Assembly: GCF_009914755.1 (NCBI RefSeq) | Contig: NC_060925.1 | Reading direction: 5' to 3' (one strand) | Origin: the human T2T-CHM13v2.0 reference genome, Homo sapiens | Length of the DNA stretch: 64,000 nucleotides | Part shown: positions 24,085 to 46,475 of the stretch, in pieces | How positions within the stretch are numbered: the stretch's first letter is position 1 | How the letters are laid out: each line of letters begins with the position of its first letter | Made by a program: the position numbers and the translations under genes | Notes under the pieces: model-generated | What the model was told of the DNA's origin: nothing | Databases searched by the model: none | What the model saw: the letters and a program-made list of their open reading frames with translations, nothing else

Positions 24085-24850
24085 ACCCATTCAATCACTT
24101 ATGCATTCAGCAAATATTCATGTTTTTTACATCCTTGCACTGTGCTAGGCACTGAAAAATAGAGTGGGGAGCAAATAGACATGAATACTGCAAGTTTACA
24201 GTCTAGTGGAGGATTAAACAAATAAATTAATATTTAAATGTATAATTACATATTTTGGTAAGTGCTATGAAGGAAAAAAAGAACAGGATGCTAGAAGAGA
24301 GAAAATTAAGGGCCTTACTTTAAGAGATCAACCCTGAAGATTGAGAAGAAGCTGGACAAGTGAAGAATGTTCCAGATAGAGGGAAGAACAAGTACAGAGG
24401 CCCTGAAGTGAGAAAAAGTTTAGGGTTTGCTGAAGGTTAATGTAACTGGGGGCCTCTGCCATGACTGGATGATATGCCCTGTTAATTGTATTTAGTACAC
24501 ATAGAAGGGAGTTTCCAAGAAAAGGTGACAAATTGAGCAGACACAAAGGCAGGAAAATTATATGTTGGGGGGTGGGGTAGCAACATGTATGGGGTGCTAA
24601 CAAGAAATTCTGGTGCTTTTAGGAATAGCAGGTGATAAGGCCAGGTGGTAGAACCTAATAGGCAGGCTGAAGATTTCGATTCTATTTGAAGCAAGAAGGG
24701 ACTGAACAATCTTAAACAATGGAGTCAAATTTAGGAAGATGAATCTCGGGGAGCAAGGGGATGAACTAGAAGCAGGAATGCCTGTTGGGAAGCCCTTGCA
24801 ATCATTCAAGCAAGAGCAAAGTAGGGCATGTCTAACGGTAGTGGTACGAT
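24085..24850 (-). mobile_element. L2 LINE fragments
   Basis: 'cattcagcaaatattca...ctgtgctaggcactg' and 'gaagaatgttccagatagagggaa' are typical of antisense L2. Confidence 0.6.
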
Positions 24851-26845
24851 GAAGGAACTGCCCCTCCCTTAAATCCAACAAATATAAAATCTCCCAAAGG
24901 GCAGAGGAAAGAAGGATTCTCCAGGGAGACTTTGGCAGGAGGGGAAAGTCTGAAATAGCATCTGTGAGATTTTTGGATTCCCATCTCCTTTGGGGGTTCT
25001 CTACCTTTGGGCCCCTAACCCTTCATCAAAATGGGAGCAACAAAGCCTCCCAGAAGGGAATGCTGAGCCCCTGGGAAAGGAACAAAATGTTCCCAGGGTC
25101 CCAGGGAGGTGATGGCAGCAAGTCCAGCCATGGGAAATGATAATCAAAATCAGCTTCTGAAGCACATCCTCTCCCTCACCTGGAAGCCACTCTCACTCTT
25201 CAAATGCTTCTCATTTGAAGACCTTTAGAGGACATTATTTTGTGTTATCTATATACTCTCATTCCCCAGGCATGGAGAAGTAGAAATGGGTAAGAGAAAA
25301 TATGGGAGAAAGTTTCCTGAGCACAAATTAATAGGACTTAGAATCTAACCTGATTAGATTTGGGGGGTAGAGAAAGAAAGGATAAAAAATAACCGTGGGA
25401 GAAGCTAGGGTGTTGGAACAATGGTGGTTTAAGATCTTCTCATTCCCTTTACACCAATTGTACCCTCCCTAAGCAAACTTCCGGTGTTAATTTTGCTTCC
25501 CAAGCTGACTTTTCTGTAGAGATACCATTATATTTCTTAAGGTAAATTAGTAATTTGGGCTCTTGTGCCTTAATCACAACCTAGGTGAAATGATAGAATC
25601 AAGTTATTGAATTTGCAAATCAGAAATCCTAGCCTAATCAATCAGCTCCTTTGATGATCCACAGTATGGGTCTGTCCTCTTGATCATTTTGTCACTCACA
25701 GGACAAAGTCGTGAAAATAGATGGCATCCATGGTCAGTAGGTGTGGAGGGACTACAGTAAAGGAAACTAAAGTTATCCTCTGAAGCTGAACCTTATAGGA
25801 GTAATACTAGTGACACTGAGTGCTTACTGTGCATCTGGCCTCATTCTCCGCTCTTTGGATAAATCTCATTAGGACCCACAACTATGAGAATTATGAGACA
25901 CATGCTGTTACAATGTCCACCTTAAGATGAGGAACCCAAGGCTCAATGAAATTAAATGATCTAAAGGCACACAACGAATAAGCAGTCGGAGCTGGGATCC
26001 AAACCTGACAAACCTGACCCTAGAGCCCTCTGGGTTTTACCCATAATGAGAAAAATTTACCTTGACCATAGTAGTTGTCCACAATGTTCCATGAATCTAA
26101 ACAGATGGATCTTAAAAATGTAACCACTCTAACTCATCGTTTGTGTCTTACTCATGATGTATTGAGAGATATCTAGGTTCACTCAAGCCGGTGGTTGGGT
26201 TGGGGGGTATGGGGGGGACCTGGGAGTATCCATAGAACTGGAATATGATAAAGAAAGTTGCAATTAAATTAACTGTATTATAACTTCTGAGGGAGAAAAG
26301 AATATAAAACCCAGGACTTGTTTTTTTTCATGATGTATTTTTAGCCTCTAGGACAGTACCTGAAACATGGTAGACTTTCAGTGAATATTTGTTGAGTAAA
26401 TGAATGATGCCACTCAACACTGTCCTGCAATCTTCCTGCACATATCTAGAATGCATTCTTTTTTTCTCACTCTAAAACAACTCTAACAAAGTTTTTACTG
26501 TCTCCTCAAAGGCTCAACATTGCCTTTCTCTACCACCTCAGCTTTCTCTCACAAGTCATGGAGCAAAAAGAAGCACTCAGGCAATGACTCCCAAATCTCC
26601 CACTGCCAAATCTATACACCTACTTGCATCTGTACCCATACTCTCCAGATTCCCTCCTTTTGAAATAAAAATACATATCTAATTTCTATTGCAGATCAAA
26701 CTTCTTGTATTCTGGATGCCATGCCCTCTTGCCTTCTCAAGGACTTTTCTCCTGCAATCCCCCCACCCTGTTTTCTACATTAAATTTTCTCCTATTTTCC
26801 TGTATCATTTCCATACACATGCAACCATGCTCTAGAATCTCCTGT

Positions 26846-27197
26846 TGACATGGTTTGGCTGTGTCCCCACCCAAATCTCATCTTGAATTGTAATTCCCAC
26901 GCGTTGTGGGAGGTACCTGTGGGAGGTAACTGAATCATGGGGGCAGATCTTTCCTGTGCTGCTCTCATGATAGTGAGTAAGTCTCACAGGATCTGATGGT
27001 TTTATAAAGGGGTGCTCCCCTACACAAACTCTCTGCCTGCCACCATGTAAGACACGACTTTGTTTCTTTTTGGCCTTCTGCTGTGATTGTGAGGCTTCTC
27101 CAGCCGTGTGGAAGTATGAGTCAATTAAACCTCTTTCCTTTATGAATTACCCAGTCTCGGTTATGTCTTTATTACAGGCATGAGAACATACTAATAA
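26846..27197 (+). mobile_element. MaLR solo LTR (MSTA/THE1-type)
   Basis: Starts 'tgacatggtttggctgtgtccccacccaaatctcatcttgaattgtaa', has 'attaaacctcttt', ends 'gagaacatactaata'. Confidence 0.9.
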
Positions 27198-28222
27198 ACT
27201 TATCTTTAAGAATTCCTTCCAAAACCTCATATCCCCTTAATAGCACAGCCCCGGTTTTATTCTCCTCTTTCTCAGAAAAACTTCTGAAGAGGGTAATTGC
27301 CCTGCTCTTTTTACTTTCATATCTCACATTAATTCTTCAATCTTCTTCAGACAGGATTCCATACCAGAGATCTACAGAAACTTCTCTAGTTGAGGTTACC
27401 AACCAATACTCATGATGTCACATCAAATGGACATTTGTGTGTCCTCACCTTACCCAAACTCTTGTCAGCAGCCTACAAAGCTGACCATTCAGCTTCTTCC
27501 TGCCGCTTTCTTCTTTTGTCTTGAGGAATATCACACTCTTGGTTTTCCCTCTGTCTGTTCAGTGGGTTCTGAACATTCTTTGATGGCTGGATCCTACTCC
27601 TCTGACATCTTAGTGTTGGCAAGATCTTGGACCCTCCTCCTTCTTTCTGTTTTGAGGTTGCAGACCGTTGGCTCATCAGTCACACTGGACTCACAGGTGG
27701 GTATTATTTGGCCTGCAGTTTTCAAAATAGGAAATCGTGTTAAAAAACAAAATCAAATAAAAGAAAAACGACAACAACAAAACCAAAACTGAACTTCCAA
27801 TTTATCTTGGAGAATTAGCAGACCTAGTAAAATGAGTTCTGTATTCTCATATGGCAATAATTTTCTGGAGCTGAGTACCTGCTTCTTGGGTCATTTCTTA
27901 ATCAACTCATTCTTTCCAAACATCTTATACCCAGCCTGTGTCATTCATTTAGGTGAGCTGACAAAGGCTAGTAGGAATATAAATTTATGACCCTTAGTTT
28001 ATACTCTCCCCAGTGGATCTTATTTAAATACCCATTTAAATACCATATGCTTTAAAAAGTCTTCTTTCATAACATTGAGTGCACACAATATGCCCGGAAC
28101 TACTGTACCAGACACTGGGGATACAGCGGTGAATGACGCAAGTCACTCTACTTCCAAAGAACTTACCTTCTATAGAGGGGAGACACACACAACAGTGATA
28201 ACATAAAGCCAAATAATATTTG

Positions 28223-29288
<1,066 letters not shown>

Positions 29289-29481
29289 TTAATGTAGCTA
29301 TTGTGTGGACAATTGACTCCAGGAGGGCCAGAATAGAAATAGCTAGTCCCCTAAAAAGGTTACTCCTTAAGTTTAGATGGGAGATATTAATGAATAAAAC
29401 TAGGGTGATATAGCTGGAGGAAGTGAAAAAAAAAAAAGGTCAGCTTGGGAATATATTTTCAGTCAAGGGCCTGAATTGGAT

Positions 29482-29574
29482 ATGGTGAAACCCTGTCTCT
29501 ACTAAAAATACAAAAATTAGCCGGGTGTGGTGGCACATGCCTGTAATTCCAGCTACTTGGGAGGCTGAGGCAGA
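29482..29574 (+). mobile_element. Internal Alu fragment beginning at 'atggtgaaaccc'
   Basis: Lacks the first ~100 nt of the left arm and the 3' end. Confidence 0.9.
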
Positions 29575-29619
29575 GGAAGGAGAATATATATATATATATG
29601 GACCCCCCCTTTCTCTATT

Positions 29620-31250
<1,631 letters not shown>

Positions 31251-31475
31251 AAAAGTTGCCTTAATTGAAAATAAGTCACACAACCAGAATCAGACCACTA
31301 AGTTATACTTTCCTTCTGTTGTTCATAATTAGGCTTTGGCTTCTTTCGGCTTATGAATTAAACATTTCCCCTCTCTGTGGGGCATGACTCTCTAGGAATG
31401 AGACTTCCTAGTGATGTGAGATATAACTACTCTCTAACAAATGCTTCTTCCGTAATGCTTTCTTCAAAGATCTTG

Positions 31476-31730
31476 AAGAAAAGGGGAAAATGTGAAAGAA
31501 AAGGAATAGTCTGTCTATTTGGGGCTTCTAAAAGCTTAGGTTTTGTGGAAGATTGACTTTGGAGACCAAGTCACAGAGCATGACCTCTTAATCTTGACTT
31601 TTTATTATAGATTAATTTCCTTTCTTATTTTCTTGTACCTGACTCAGATGGTACCTGAGATACAAGACTCCTTGACTGAGTCTATATAAGTCTCCTTGAC
31701 TGATTCTTGACTGAGATATAAGACTCCTTA
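31476..31730 (+). mobile_element. Polypurine tract plus truncated 3' LTR of the ERV
   Basis: PPT 'aagaaaaggggaaaa' at 31476-31490 is followed by 'tgtgaaagaaa...' at 31491, homologous to the minus-strand LTR start at 34537. Confidence 0.8.
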
Positions 31731-31731
31731 G

Positions 31732-33763
<2,032 letters not shown>

Positions 33764-33781
33764 GTCCCTTCATGGTCGCCA
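33764..33781 (-). promoter_or_regulatory. Retroviral primer binding site (tRNA-Arg type)
   Basis: Minus strand reads TGGCGACCATGAAGGGAC, 3 nt after the LTR end '...gttgaca'; one mismatch to the recalled Arg-type PBS TGGCGACCACGAAGGGAC. Confidence 0.85.
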
Positions 33782-33784
33782 AAA

Positions 33785-34537
33785 TGTCAACCTTAATAAT
33801 GAAATTCAGGCAACAGTATTAAATATTGAGTTTATTCGAGTGTAAATTTGAGGGTGGCCATCTGAGAGGATATAGACTCCAAAAAGATGGGGTCAGTGCT
33901 CTGAAATGGAGAGGTTTGAGGGTGCTTAAATAGGTAAAGTCTGGGGAAGCTTACCAGGATTTCAACATTTTGCATACAAGATTAATGCATAGATACAGCA
34001 ATTTGATTGATTATATGCAGTGTTTCTTTTGGGGGAAGGGTATATTTCACATTTCACATTAAGGATGTAATAGTCAAGGGGTCTTTTTTTCTTGTTTGAG
34101 CCAAGTAAAAGAAAATAGGAAGGAAGTTAATCTATAACAAAAGGCCGCCACGCACAGTGGCTCACGCTTGTAATCCCAGGGCTTTGAAAGGCTGAGATGG
34201 ACAGATCATTTGAGTCCAGGAGTTTGAGACCAGCAACCCCATCTCTATAAAAAATGCAAAAATTAGCTTGGTGTGGTGGCATGTGCCTGTAGTTCCAGCT
34301 ACTTGAGGGGCTGAGGCAGAAGGATCTCTTGAACCAAGAAGTTGAGGTTGCAGTGAGCTGAGATCACTGCACTCCAGACTGGGTGACAAAGTAAGACCTT
34401 GTGTCAAAAAAAACAAAAACAAAAAAACAAAAATGCCAGTAAACAAGAGGTCATGCTTTGTGACTCAGTCTCCAAAGTCAACCTTGCTTAGGGCCTAACA
34501 ACTTTTAGAAGCTCAAAATAGACTATTTTCTTTCACA
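33785..34537 (-). mobile_element. ERV1 5' LTR interrupted by an Alu (about 34143-34431)
   Basis: Minus strand runs TG...CA (tgtgaaagaaaatagtc...gttgaca), with TATTTAA at 33926-33932, AATAAA at 33831-33836, and the PBS immediately after. Confidence 0.85.
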
Positions 34538-34989
34538 ATTTTAAATTAAAATTAAGTAAATAATGCTAGAATTGTAAATTTCATTTAAAAAACAATTCAG
34601 TCTTATTAAATATTTTTGTACAAATAGTTATTCCCAATGCTAATATTCATTGTCTATTTATGATTATGTAAATGTTCAGTCTTACTCTCTACTCATGTTA
34701 CATCTAGACAGATACATGTATATATCAGTGTATACGCATATGTGTGTATGGAGACAATTAAAAAAAGGAACATCTGCCACTACCAAGAAACAATACATGG
34801 TTATGCAAGAAAATGCATTTATGCTATCTAAGAGGAAGAGTATGACAAGCTAATTTGTGTTTTCTCTTACCCAAGTGCTTCTGTAGCTCGAACACACTCT
34901 ACGTAGCATTTCAAAAACAGTGTGCCTATTTCTCTTAAGTAGCACAACCCAAAACCTTCAAGACATTAGGATGCAGTTGTCTTTCATTT

Positions 34990-35545
34990 TTTTAATGGTG
35001 GTAAAATATGCATAAGGTAAAGCTTATCATTTTATCCATTTTTAAGTGTATAGTTCAGTGGCATTAAGTACATTCACATTGTTGTGCAAGCATCACCACC
35101 CTCCATCACCGTAACTTTTTCATCTTCCCAAACTGAAATTCTACATCCATTAAACAATAACTCTGCTGGCCTCTCTCTCCCCCAGCCCCTGGCAACCACC
35201 ATTATTCTTTCTTACTCTATGAATTTGACTACTCTATATACCTCATATAAGTGGACTCATACAACATTTGTCTTTTTATGATGCTTGTTTCACTTAGCAT
35301 AATCAACATTTATCCATGTTGTAGCACGTGTCAGAATTTCCTCCCTCCCCCTGTTTTTTCAGGAATGAATTTCTTTCCTTTTTAAGGTTGAATAACATTC
35401 CATTGCATGTCTATACCACATTCATTTATTTATTCATTCATTCATGGACATTTGGGTCATTTTTATCGTTTGGTTATTATGAATAACAGTGTTGTGAACA
35501 CAAATGTACAAATATTTGTTCATGTCTCTGGTTTCAATTCTTTTG
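34990..35545 (-). mobile_element. L1MB-type 3' end
   Basis: 'gtggcattaagtacattcacattgttgtgcaa...cccctggcaaccaccatt...atgaatttgactactct'. Confidence 0.85.
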
Positions 35546-35634
35546 GTGCCTTTCAGCTTTGAGTATATGGAGCAAGAGACGTGATAAAGAGGTTCCCTAA
35601 AGCCTGAATAGTAGTGGTAAAGAAAGCAAATATT

Positions 35635-40243
<4,609 letters not shown>

Positions 40244-40699
40244 ATTCTTCCCTATTTTTGACATTATAAAGCTATTTTTATTTTCTGAAAAATGTTTGCA
40301 GGTCTTTAATCCATCTCGGCCTTATTTTTGGAAATGGTTTGAGGTAGAAATCTAATCATTTATTTCCCTTTTGGAAAAAATGTCTCATCGCCATTTATTG
40401 AAGAGTCTGTCCTTTCGCCCACTGACTTGTAATGCCGTCTGTATCATAAACCAAGTTCCCTTGATGTTACTCTTCATTTCGGCCTCACAATCTTTGCTTA
40501 TTTTCCTTCTACCAGGGATGCTTTTCGCTATGTTCCTTTCAGGGCTACCTTCCTCTTGTCCCTTCAGATCGCAGTTCAAATGTCATCCCCCTCAAATCTA
40601 GATTGCTCTACAGGCATTTCTGGCTCCGTGATCCCATGACCTCAAAGGGGTCTAGGTGGGCATAGCCTCTAGCCAGTTGTTGCTAGGCTGTTGTCAGGA

Positions 40700-41450
40700 C
40701 TGGCGATGCGTAGGCCACTGAGAGCACCCGGAGTCCGAGTGACGGAATCAGGCGGGCGCCCGCGTCGCTAAGGAGTGCGTCACAGTGCGCGGGCGGCCGG
40801 GGGCAGGGCCAGGGCTGAGTCACGTGGCTTGGTTGCCTACGCGCTGGTGGGCCGTGGGAAGATGGCGGACGGAAAGGGAGACGCCGCCGCTGTCGCCGGG
40901 GCTGGGGCTGAGGCTCCGGCGGTAGCGGGAGCCGGAGATGGAGTCGAGACTGAGTCCATGGTTCGGGGTCATCGCCCCGTATCTCCAGCGCCGGGAGCCT
41001 CGGGACTGCGGCCGTGTCTGTGGCAGCTGGAGACAGAGCTGAGGGAGCAAGAGGTGTCGGAGGTCTCATCTTTGAACTACTGCCGGAGCTTCTGCCAGGT
41101 GAGGGGCTGACTGGCTGGCTGAGGGCGGCGGGGCGGGGAAGTCAGGGAAGGAGGCCCTGGATCCTCTGTAAGCAGCCGGGTCCAAACTGAAAGGCGCCAC
41201 CTCCGTGACTCGCCGCGCCCCCGGGCCGGGAAGGCCCAGCTCGGAAGCTCGACCGCTGGCCCCCCTGCGCCACTGCCCGACTTTGGCCACCGCTGGGTCG
41301 TTTTGCTCTGAGCCTTACTGAGATCCCGGAGGGCCCTGGCGGGTCCCTGGAAGGGCTGTGCCCTGTCGCCGTTGCCTGTGTCCTGGCCGGGTGGTTGGAG
41401 CGCCACTGCCCCCTGAGGGATTGATTGCTTGTCCCTGCCGGGAGATCCTT
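40700..41450 (+). promoter_or_regulatory. RLF: CpG island and promoter of RLF
   Basis: Sharp rise in GC and CpG. Motifs: TGCGTCA (CRE-like, 40776-40782), TGAGTCA overlapping CACGTG (40816-40826), GC boxes, YY1-like AAGATGGCGG over the start codon. No TATA box seen. Confidence 0.9.
40862..41098 (+). CDS. RLF: RLF zinc finger protein (rearranged L-myc fusion), first coding exon, 79 codons
   Basis: Translates to MADGKGDAAAVAGAGAEAPAVAGAGDGVETESMVRGHRPVSPAPGASGLRPCLWQLETELREQEVSEVSSLNYCRSFCQ, matching the recalled RLF N-terminus. Kozak aagATGG; phase-0 donor CAG|GTGAGG at 41098/41099; lies in a CpG island. Confidence 0.95.
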
Positions 41451-44400
41451 TTTTGAGTGGAGTGCAGATCTCCGAACTGGTAAACCCGGGTTTTTCTGAA
41501 TAATCCAGAGAGGTGTGTTGGGGCCAGAGACTTATTTTTGGAGTTAACATCTTCTGGGCTCCTAAAAGGTATGACAGTTGGCTTCGAAAGGCGTCTAGAG
41601 CTTTCTGATTAGGGATTGCGGAGCCGGTTGGTTGTTTGGTTTTTGCTTTTTTTTTTTTTACGTTTAAGCCGTTCTTTCGTCTTTTCTGTATTTCTTTGAG
41701 AGGATTGTGCTACCGAGAATAAGGCTGACTCTTTGAGTAGAAGAGGATGGGAAGAGGGATGTAGAGTGTGGCCTCTTTTGGCAGTCGTATGATCATTTCT
41801 GTGCCTTGGTGGGTCCTAACCTATGATTACATATTTATGGGTGTGTTTAGTTTAGTCTCCATGACCACTCCGAGATTTTTCTGTATGTTTTCAAGTCTTT
41901 TACAAATACAAATATTGGCCATTATTATTTCTGCTTCCAATGTTTGTTCTGTCAGGTTTCAGAGGCACCCATCAGCTCCTTATCTGTTGTACCTTAGAAA
42001 ATGCAAAATAATCGTGGCATGTTGGTACTTGGAGTCTAATAAGTAGTCCAGTATGCTGAATAAATTGCGGCGTTCTAAAATAATAATTTTGGGGGGCAAT
42101 TTGCTCTGTTGGTCCGGAGTAGAATAAAAGTTAGCTTGCTTGATTGCTTTTCTTCCCTCTCTCTGCCGAGGCAGAAGCACCTCATCTCTCTGAATGGAAT
42201 TTTGTCCTTACTAATCTTTTCCGTGGATTGTACCACTCCAATTTTTGTGTGTACAACCTGCAACATTGCCCTGTACTATTAAATGTTAACGTGTTGTTGT
42301 TCTCTGCTTCCTTAGTAGTAGTCATCCCTGTTTAGTAAGCTCATTTATTTTACAGATTTTTACTGACTTCATAGGATAGTGCCAGGGACTTTACCAAGTG
42401 CTGGGGAAACATGAGTAAGACAGCACTTAGCCTTGATGAACTTACAGTTGGTGGGAGGTGGTAGGAATGACAGTATTTCCAGTGCGGTTTTGGTAATGAT
42501 GGAAAAGGAGGTGTTGTAGAGACAATGGTGAGGAGAGAGCCTTCATGGGATATCCTGATGGGAAAGACAATTAACTAGAAAAATAAGTAAAAAGGTTAAT
42601 TATAAATTGTAGTATGTGCTTAGAAAGAAGTAACTGGGAGAGGCCACTTTAGTTAGTAAGACCCTATGGGCTGCAAGGATGAAAATGAGTCACGTGAAGG
42701 TCTGGGGTGGGGAAAGCATCCCAGTGCCAAAGGTAGAGATTGGTAAGGACCCAGAATGCTATGGGAGGAGGGGAAACTAATGGAAGGAGAGGGGTGGTGC
42801 AGGAAAACAACTGTGGGTTTTGGGTAAGGCTTCTAAGCTTGAGTTGTCTCCCTGGAAAGATGACAAGAATGAATGTAACCAGTCACATTGAAGCTTGTCA
42901 AAGGATCACATATATATGTATTCTGCTTTATGTCTAGTGCTTGCAACTGCAGTTTTGTTTAAGGTAATGTTTTAATGTCTTGAGTCTTGGTGACACCAGA
43001 GATGTGATGGCCCAGAAGAATTTTTAAAAGAAAGCATGTGTAATTTGTCTTTTCTATGAAGTTTTTTTTAACCTAAAATTTTCCCAAAAAATGTTTTTTA
43101 GACTAATAAATGAAACAAGAACAAGTATTCCTGTAACACTGTATTGTAATAGAAAGCACATGGGATTGGGAGTTAAGTTGGGTCTTGACTGTGACTTTAC
43201 CACTGCTTAGCTAATAACCTTGGGTAACCATGTCTGCAAAACTATCTTATTTTCTGACCTTTATCTCCTTATAATGCTTTATACAATCAGAATAGAAAAT
43301 TTGTGTACAAGTCTTCACAAAATTTATCATATTTTTGACACATTTTCCCCTGTAGTCCAGATAAGATCAACTGTGTCCTTGATGACCAGATAGAGAAAAA
43401 GTAAAAATTGTATGAAGAAGCAGGAAAATTTTCACCATCAGTAAATTTTGTTGAATAGCTCTTGGTTTCACATTTGAAAAGAAGAATAAGATATATTCAT
43501 TTACTTAAGGAACACTGATTGTGTGACAGTTCTGAAGGTGGGAGCCTAGTTAAGACAGTTTTCTCGGACTCTAGGAGAGGAGCACATAATATATAAAGAT
43601 AGATTGTAGGCATTTTTACATTATAAAGGTCTGACCCCTGCTTATGGGATGCTTAATACTACAAATGTATTTTCATCAGTTATTTAGTTAGAAATGTCCT
43701 AGAGACTTAGATTGTACCAAGTAATCCCTTTTGCAACATCCTGGGACCATATTCTCTCCAACTCTTGCAGCACTTAAAAGAAATGGCTCTATCTTTGGGA
43801 TTGCACCAAATCAAGAAATAAACTAACATATGAGTGAATAGAGAAGCTTGTCTCATTCTGGGCATATTTTCAATTTTCATAAGTTTGTGAAGATGATAAA
43901 ATGAAACACTGAAAGTAATACTTACTAAGAAAATGATACTTAGGTCAAACTGTATTCAGTGAAAATTGGTATTAAGTGACTATGGGATGTGGTTTGTTTT
44001 CCTCTTTCCTTCAGTTCCTTTTCTGAAACCACTGCCAGACAGTGTGGATAAGATTAACTTTAGAAAACAGTCTTTCTTTGTTTTCTTGAAAAATTGATGA
44101 TGTCTTCTCAAGTTTTTCCTGTATTTTGGGGACCAGGATTCCTTAAGTTTTACAATTGGTGTCTCTATTTGTAACACAAATTTTGAAGACTTTTTTTTTA
44201 GTAAACTTCATTATCAAAATTGAAATTATTGAGTGATTATGTGATTACACTTTGAGAATACTGGGCAAAGTAATTTTATGAGTAAACCACGTTTATATGA
44301 GACACTTTTAGGTTCAAGACTAACAGTGACTTCGTAGATTTTTGATGGCTAAAATAAGTAAGTACTCCATTAAAATTTCCATTTTTCCTAGATTAGTGAT

Positions 44401-45817
44401 GGGGAGTACAAGGGCTCTGAGTCAGATAGCCTATGTACTGGCTTCACTATTGAAATAGTTGTGTGACCTTGGGCATGTTATTTTCCTTAAACGTTAATTC
44501 TTTTGCAAATGGATAATAGTACTTAAGTTTTGTAAGCAAATTCATTGTTGTAAGGACTTAATAAGAAAATATCTATTTTTAAAAATGCCTTCAGAATTGT
44601 CTGTGTTATCCAGATTTCTTAGCTTTGTAATAAAAAGTTTTCACAACCTTGGTCTCAGCATGCTTTTCAGCCCTCCCCTTGTCAGTCCCATCACCTGAAT
44701 CCAACTTGTTTACTCCTATTCAGGAGTTCTTTACTTGGAGTCAGTCCATGGACCAACATGTGATTGCAGTTATTCCTGTGATTAAAATTTTGTCTGTAAG
44801 TTTCCAAGCACATAATTTTGGGAAAGATGATTTTAATTTTCATTTGACTTCTCAAGATCCAATAAACGTATTAACTACGTTAACGAGATCTCAGGCCGTG
44901 TCTTTCCCTTTCATTGTGTGGTTCTCTCATTTTCTGCATGGGAGATTTTTCTTCTTTAGGGCCCAGTATAAATGTCATCCCTTCTGTGAAGCTTTTCCTG
45001 ATTTACCAGATAGGTTTCCTCTTATTTGTTTGGGATTTTTTTGGGGGGACACTGTACATACCTGTAGTTTTAACTCTTAATTTTATTGCTGTCACTGTCT
45101 TCATTCAGGCTTTCTCCTGTTGCAGCAACCTCTTCACTAATCTCTTGTTTTCTGACTGACATCTGCAGTTCATCTTTGTGTTCTTTCTAAATTATAAATA
45201 TAATCTTGTTCGTCACTTTATTCCCTAAAATACCTCAATTCCTCCCCCCCCTCCGCCAAAGGAAAGATAAAGTTCAAACTTATTAGCTTGGTATACAAAG
45301 CCTTTTAGAATCCAGACCACCAACTCCCATTTTCCCAGCCTCATTAAAAAAGTTGGTTTGATCCCACCTTCACCACTGTGTCCATTTCTCACTCTGCCTA
45401 AATAACCCGGGGTCTTCCTTTCCCCATCTACCTATTTATCCTTTAAGACCTGGCTCTAATATTATGGTCTTTCAGCTTTTTCTGATTTCAGCAGGCAGAA
45501 TTAGGTGGTTCTTTCTCCAATGCATTCTATTAGCTTCCAGTACATAAACGTGGTGCCTACATAATTTGTTTCCATGTTTGTCTTTTGTATTGACTTGTAA
45601 ATCAACAAGAGCAGGGGTCTTGTTTATTCTTTTTTGTATACTTAGTACCTAGCAATTAGTATGATGCCTGGCACACAAAACTAATTTGTTAAATCAATTG
45701 TAGGGACTTCATGATACACACATGAGATAGACACTTAAAACAGTACTTTAGGGGGAACCTCTAATGTAAAATCTAGTATGTAAAAAGCAAATTAACCATA
45801 AGAAATTACTATAAAGG

Positions 45818-46475
45818 GAGAGGTTGTGGAGAAATAGGAACACTTTTACACTGTTGGTGGGACCGTAAACTAGTTCAACCATTGTGGAAGACAGTGTGGC
45901 GATTCCTCAAGGATCTAGAACTAGAAATATAGAAATACCATTTGACCCAGCCATCCCATTACTGGGTATATACCCAAAGGATTATAAATCATGCTGCTTT
46001 AAGGACACAGGCACACGTATGTTTATTGCAGCACTATTCACAATAGCAAAGACTTGGAACCAACCCAGATGTCCATCAATGATAGACTGGATTAAGAAAA
46101 TGTGGCACATGTACACCATGGAATACCGTGCAGCCATAAAAAAGGATGAGTTCATGTCCTTTGTAGGGACATGGATGAAGCTGGAAACCATCATTCTGAG
46201 CAAACTATTGCAAGGACAGAAAACCAAACACCGCACGTTCTCACTCATAGGTGGGAATTGAACAGTGAGAACACTTGGACGCAGGGTGGGGAACATCACA
46301 CACCGGGGCCTGTTGTGGGGTGGGGGGAGGGGGGCGGGATAGCATTAGGAGATATACCTAATGTAAATGACGAGTTAATGGGTACAGCACACCAACATGG
46401 CACATGTGTGCATGTGTAACAAACCTGCATGTTGTGCACATGTACCCTAGAACTTAAAGTATAATTTTAAAAAAA
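45818..46475 (+). mobile_element. 5'-truncated L1PA element (about 660 bp) with 18-bp TSD
   Basis: ORF2 C-terminus 'EIPFDPAIPLLGIYPKDYKSCC..MFIAALFTIAKTWNQP..SLIGGN', G-rich 3'UTR, A tail. TSD aagaaattactataaagg at 45800-45817 and 46476-46493. Confidence 0.95.

Noticed and set aside
27412-27792. 126-aa ORF and a possible micro-exon (ag at about 27658, caggtggg at about 27696)
   Set aside because: No recognisable homology, partly L2-like context, and splice-like words of this quality occur often by chance.
40775-40861. In-frame GTG-initiated N-terminal extension of RLF
   Set aside because: It overlaps core promoter motifs and probably lies upstream of the transcription start; the ATG at 40862 has a strong Kozak context and matches the known N-terminus.
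40683-41550. Antisense ORFs of 128 and 157 aa across the CpG island
   Set aside because: Typical stop-poor GC-rich frames with Pro/Arg/Ala bias and no supporting gene structure.
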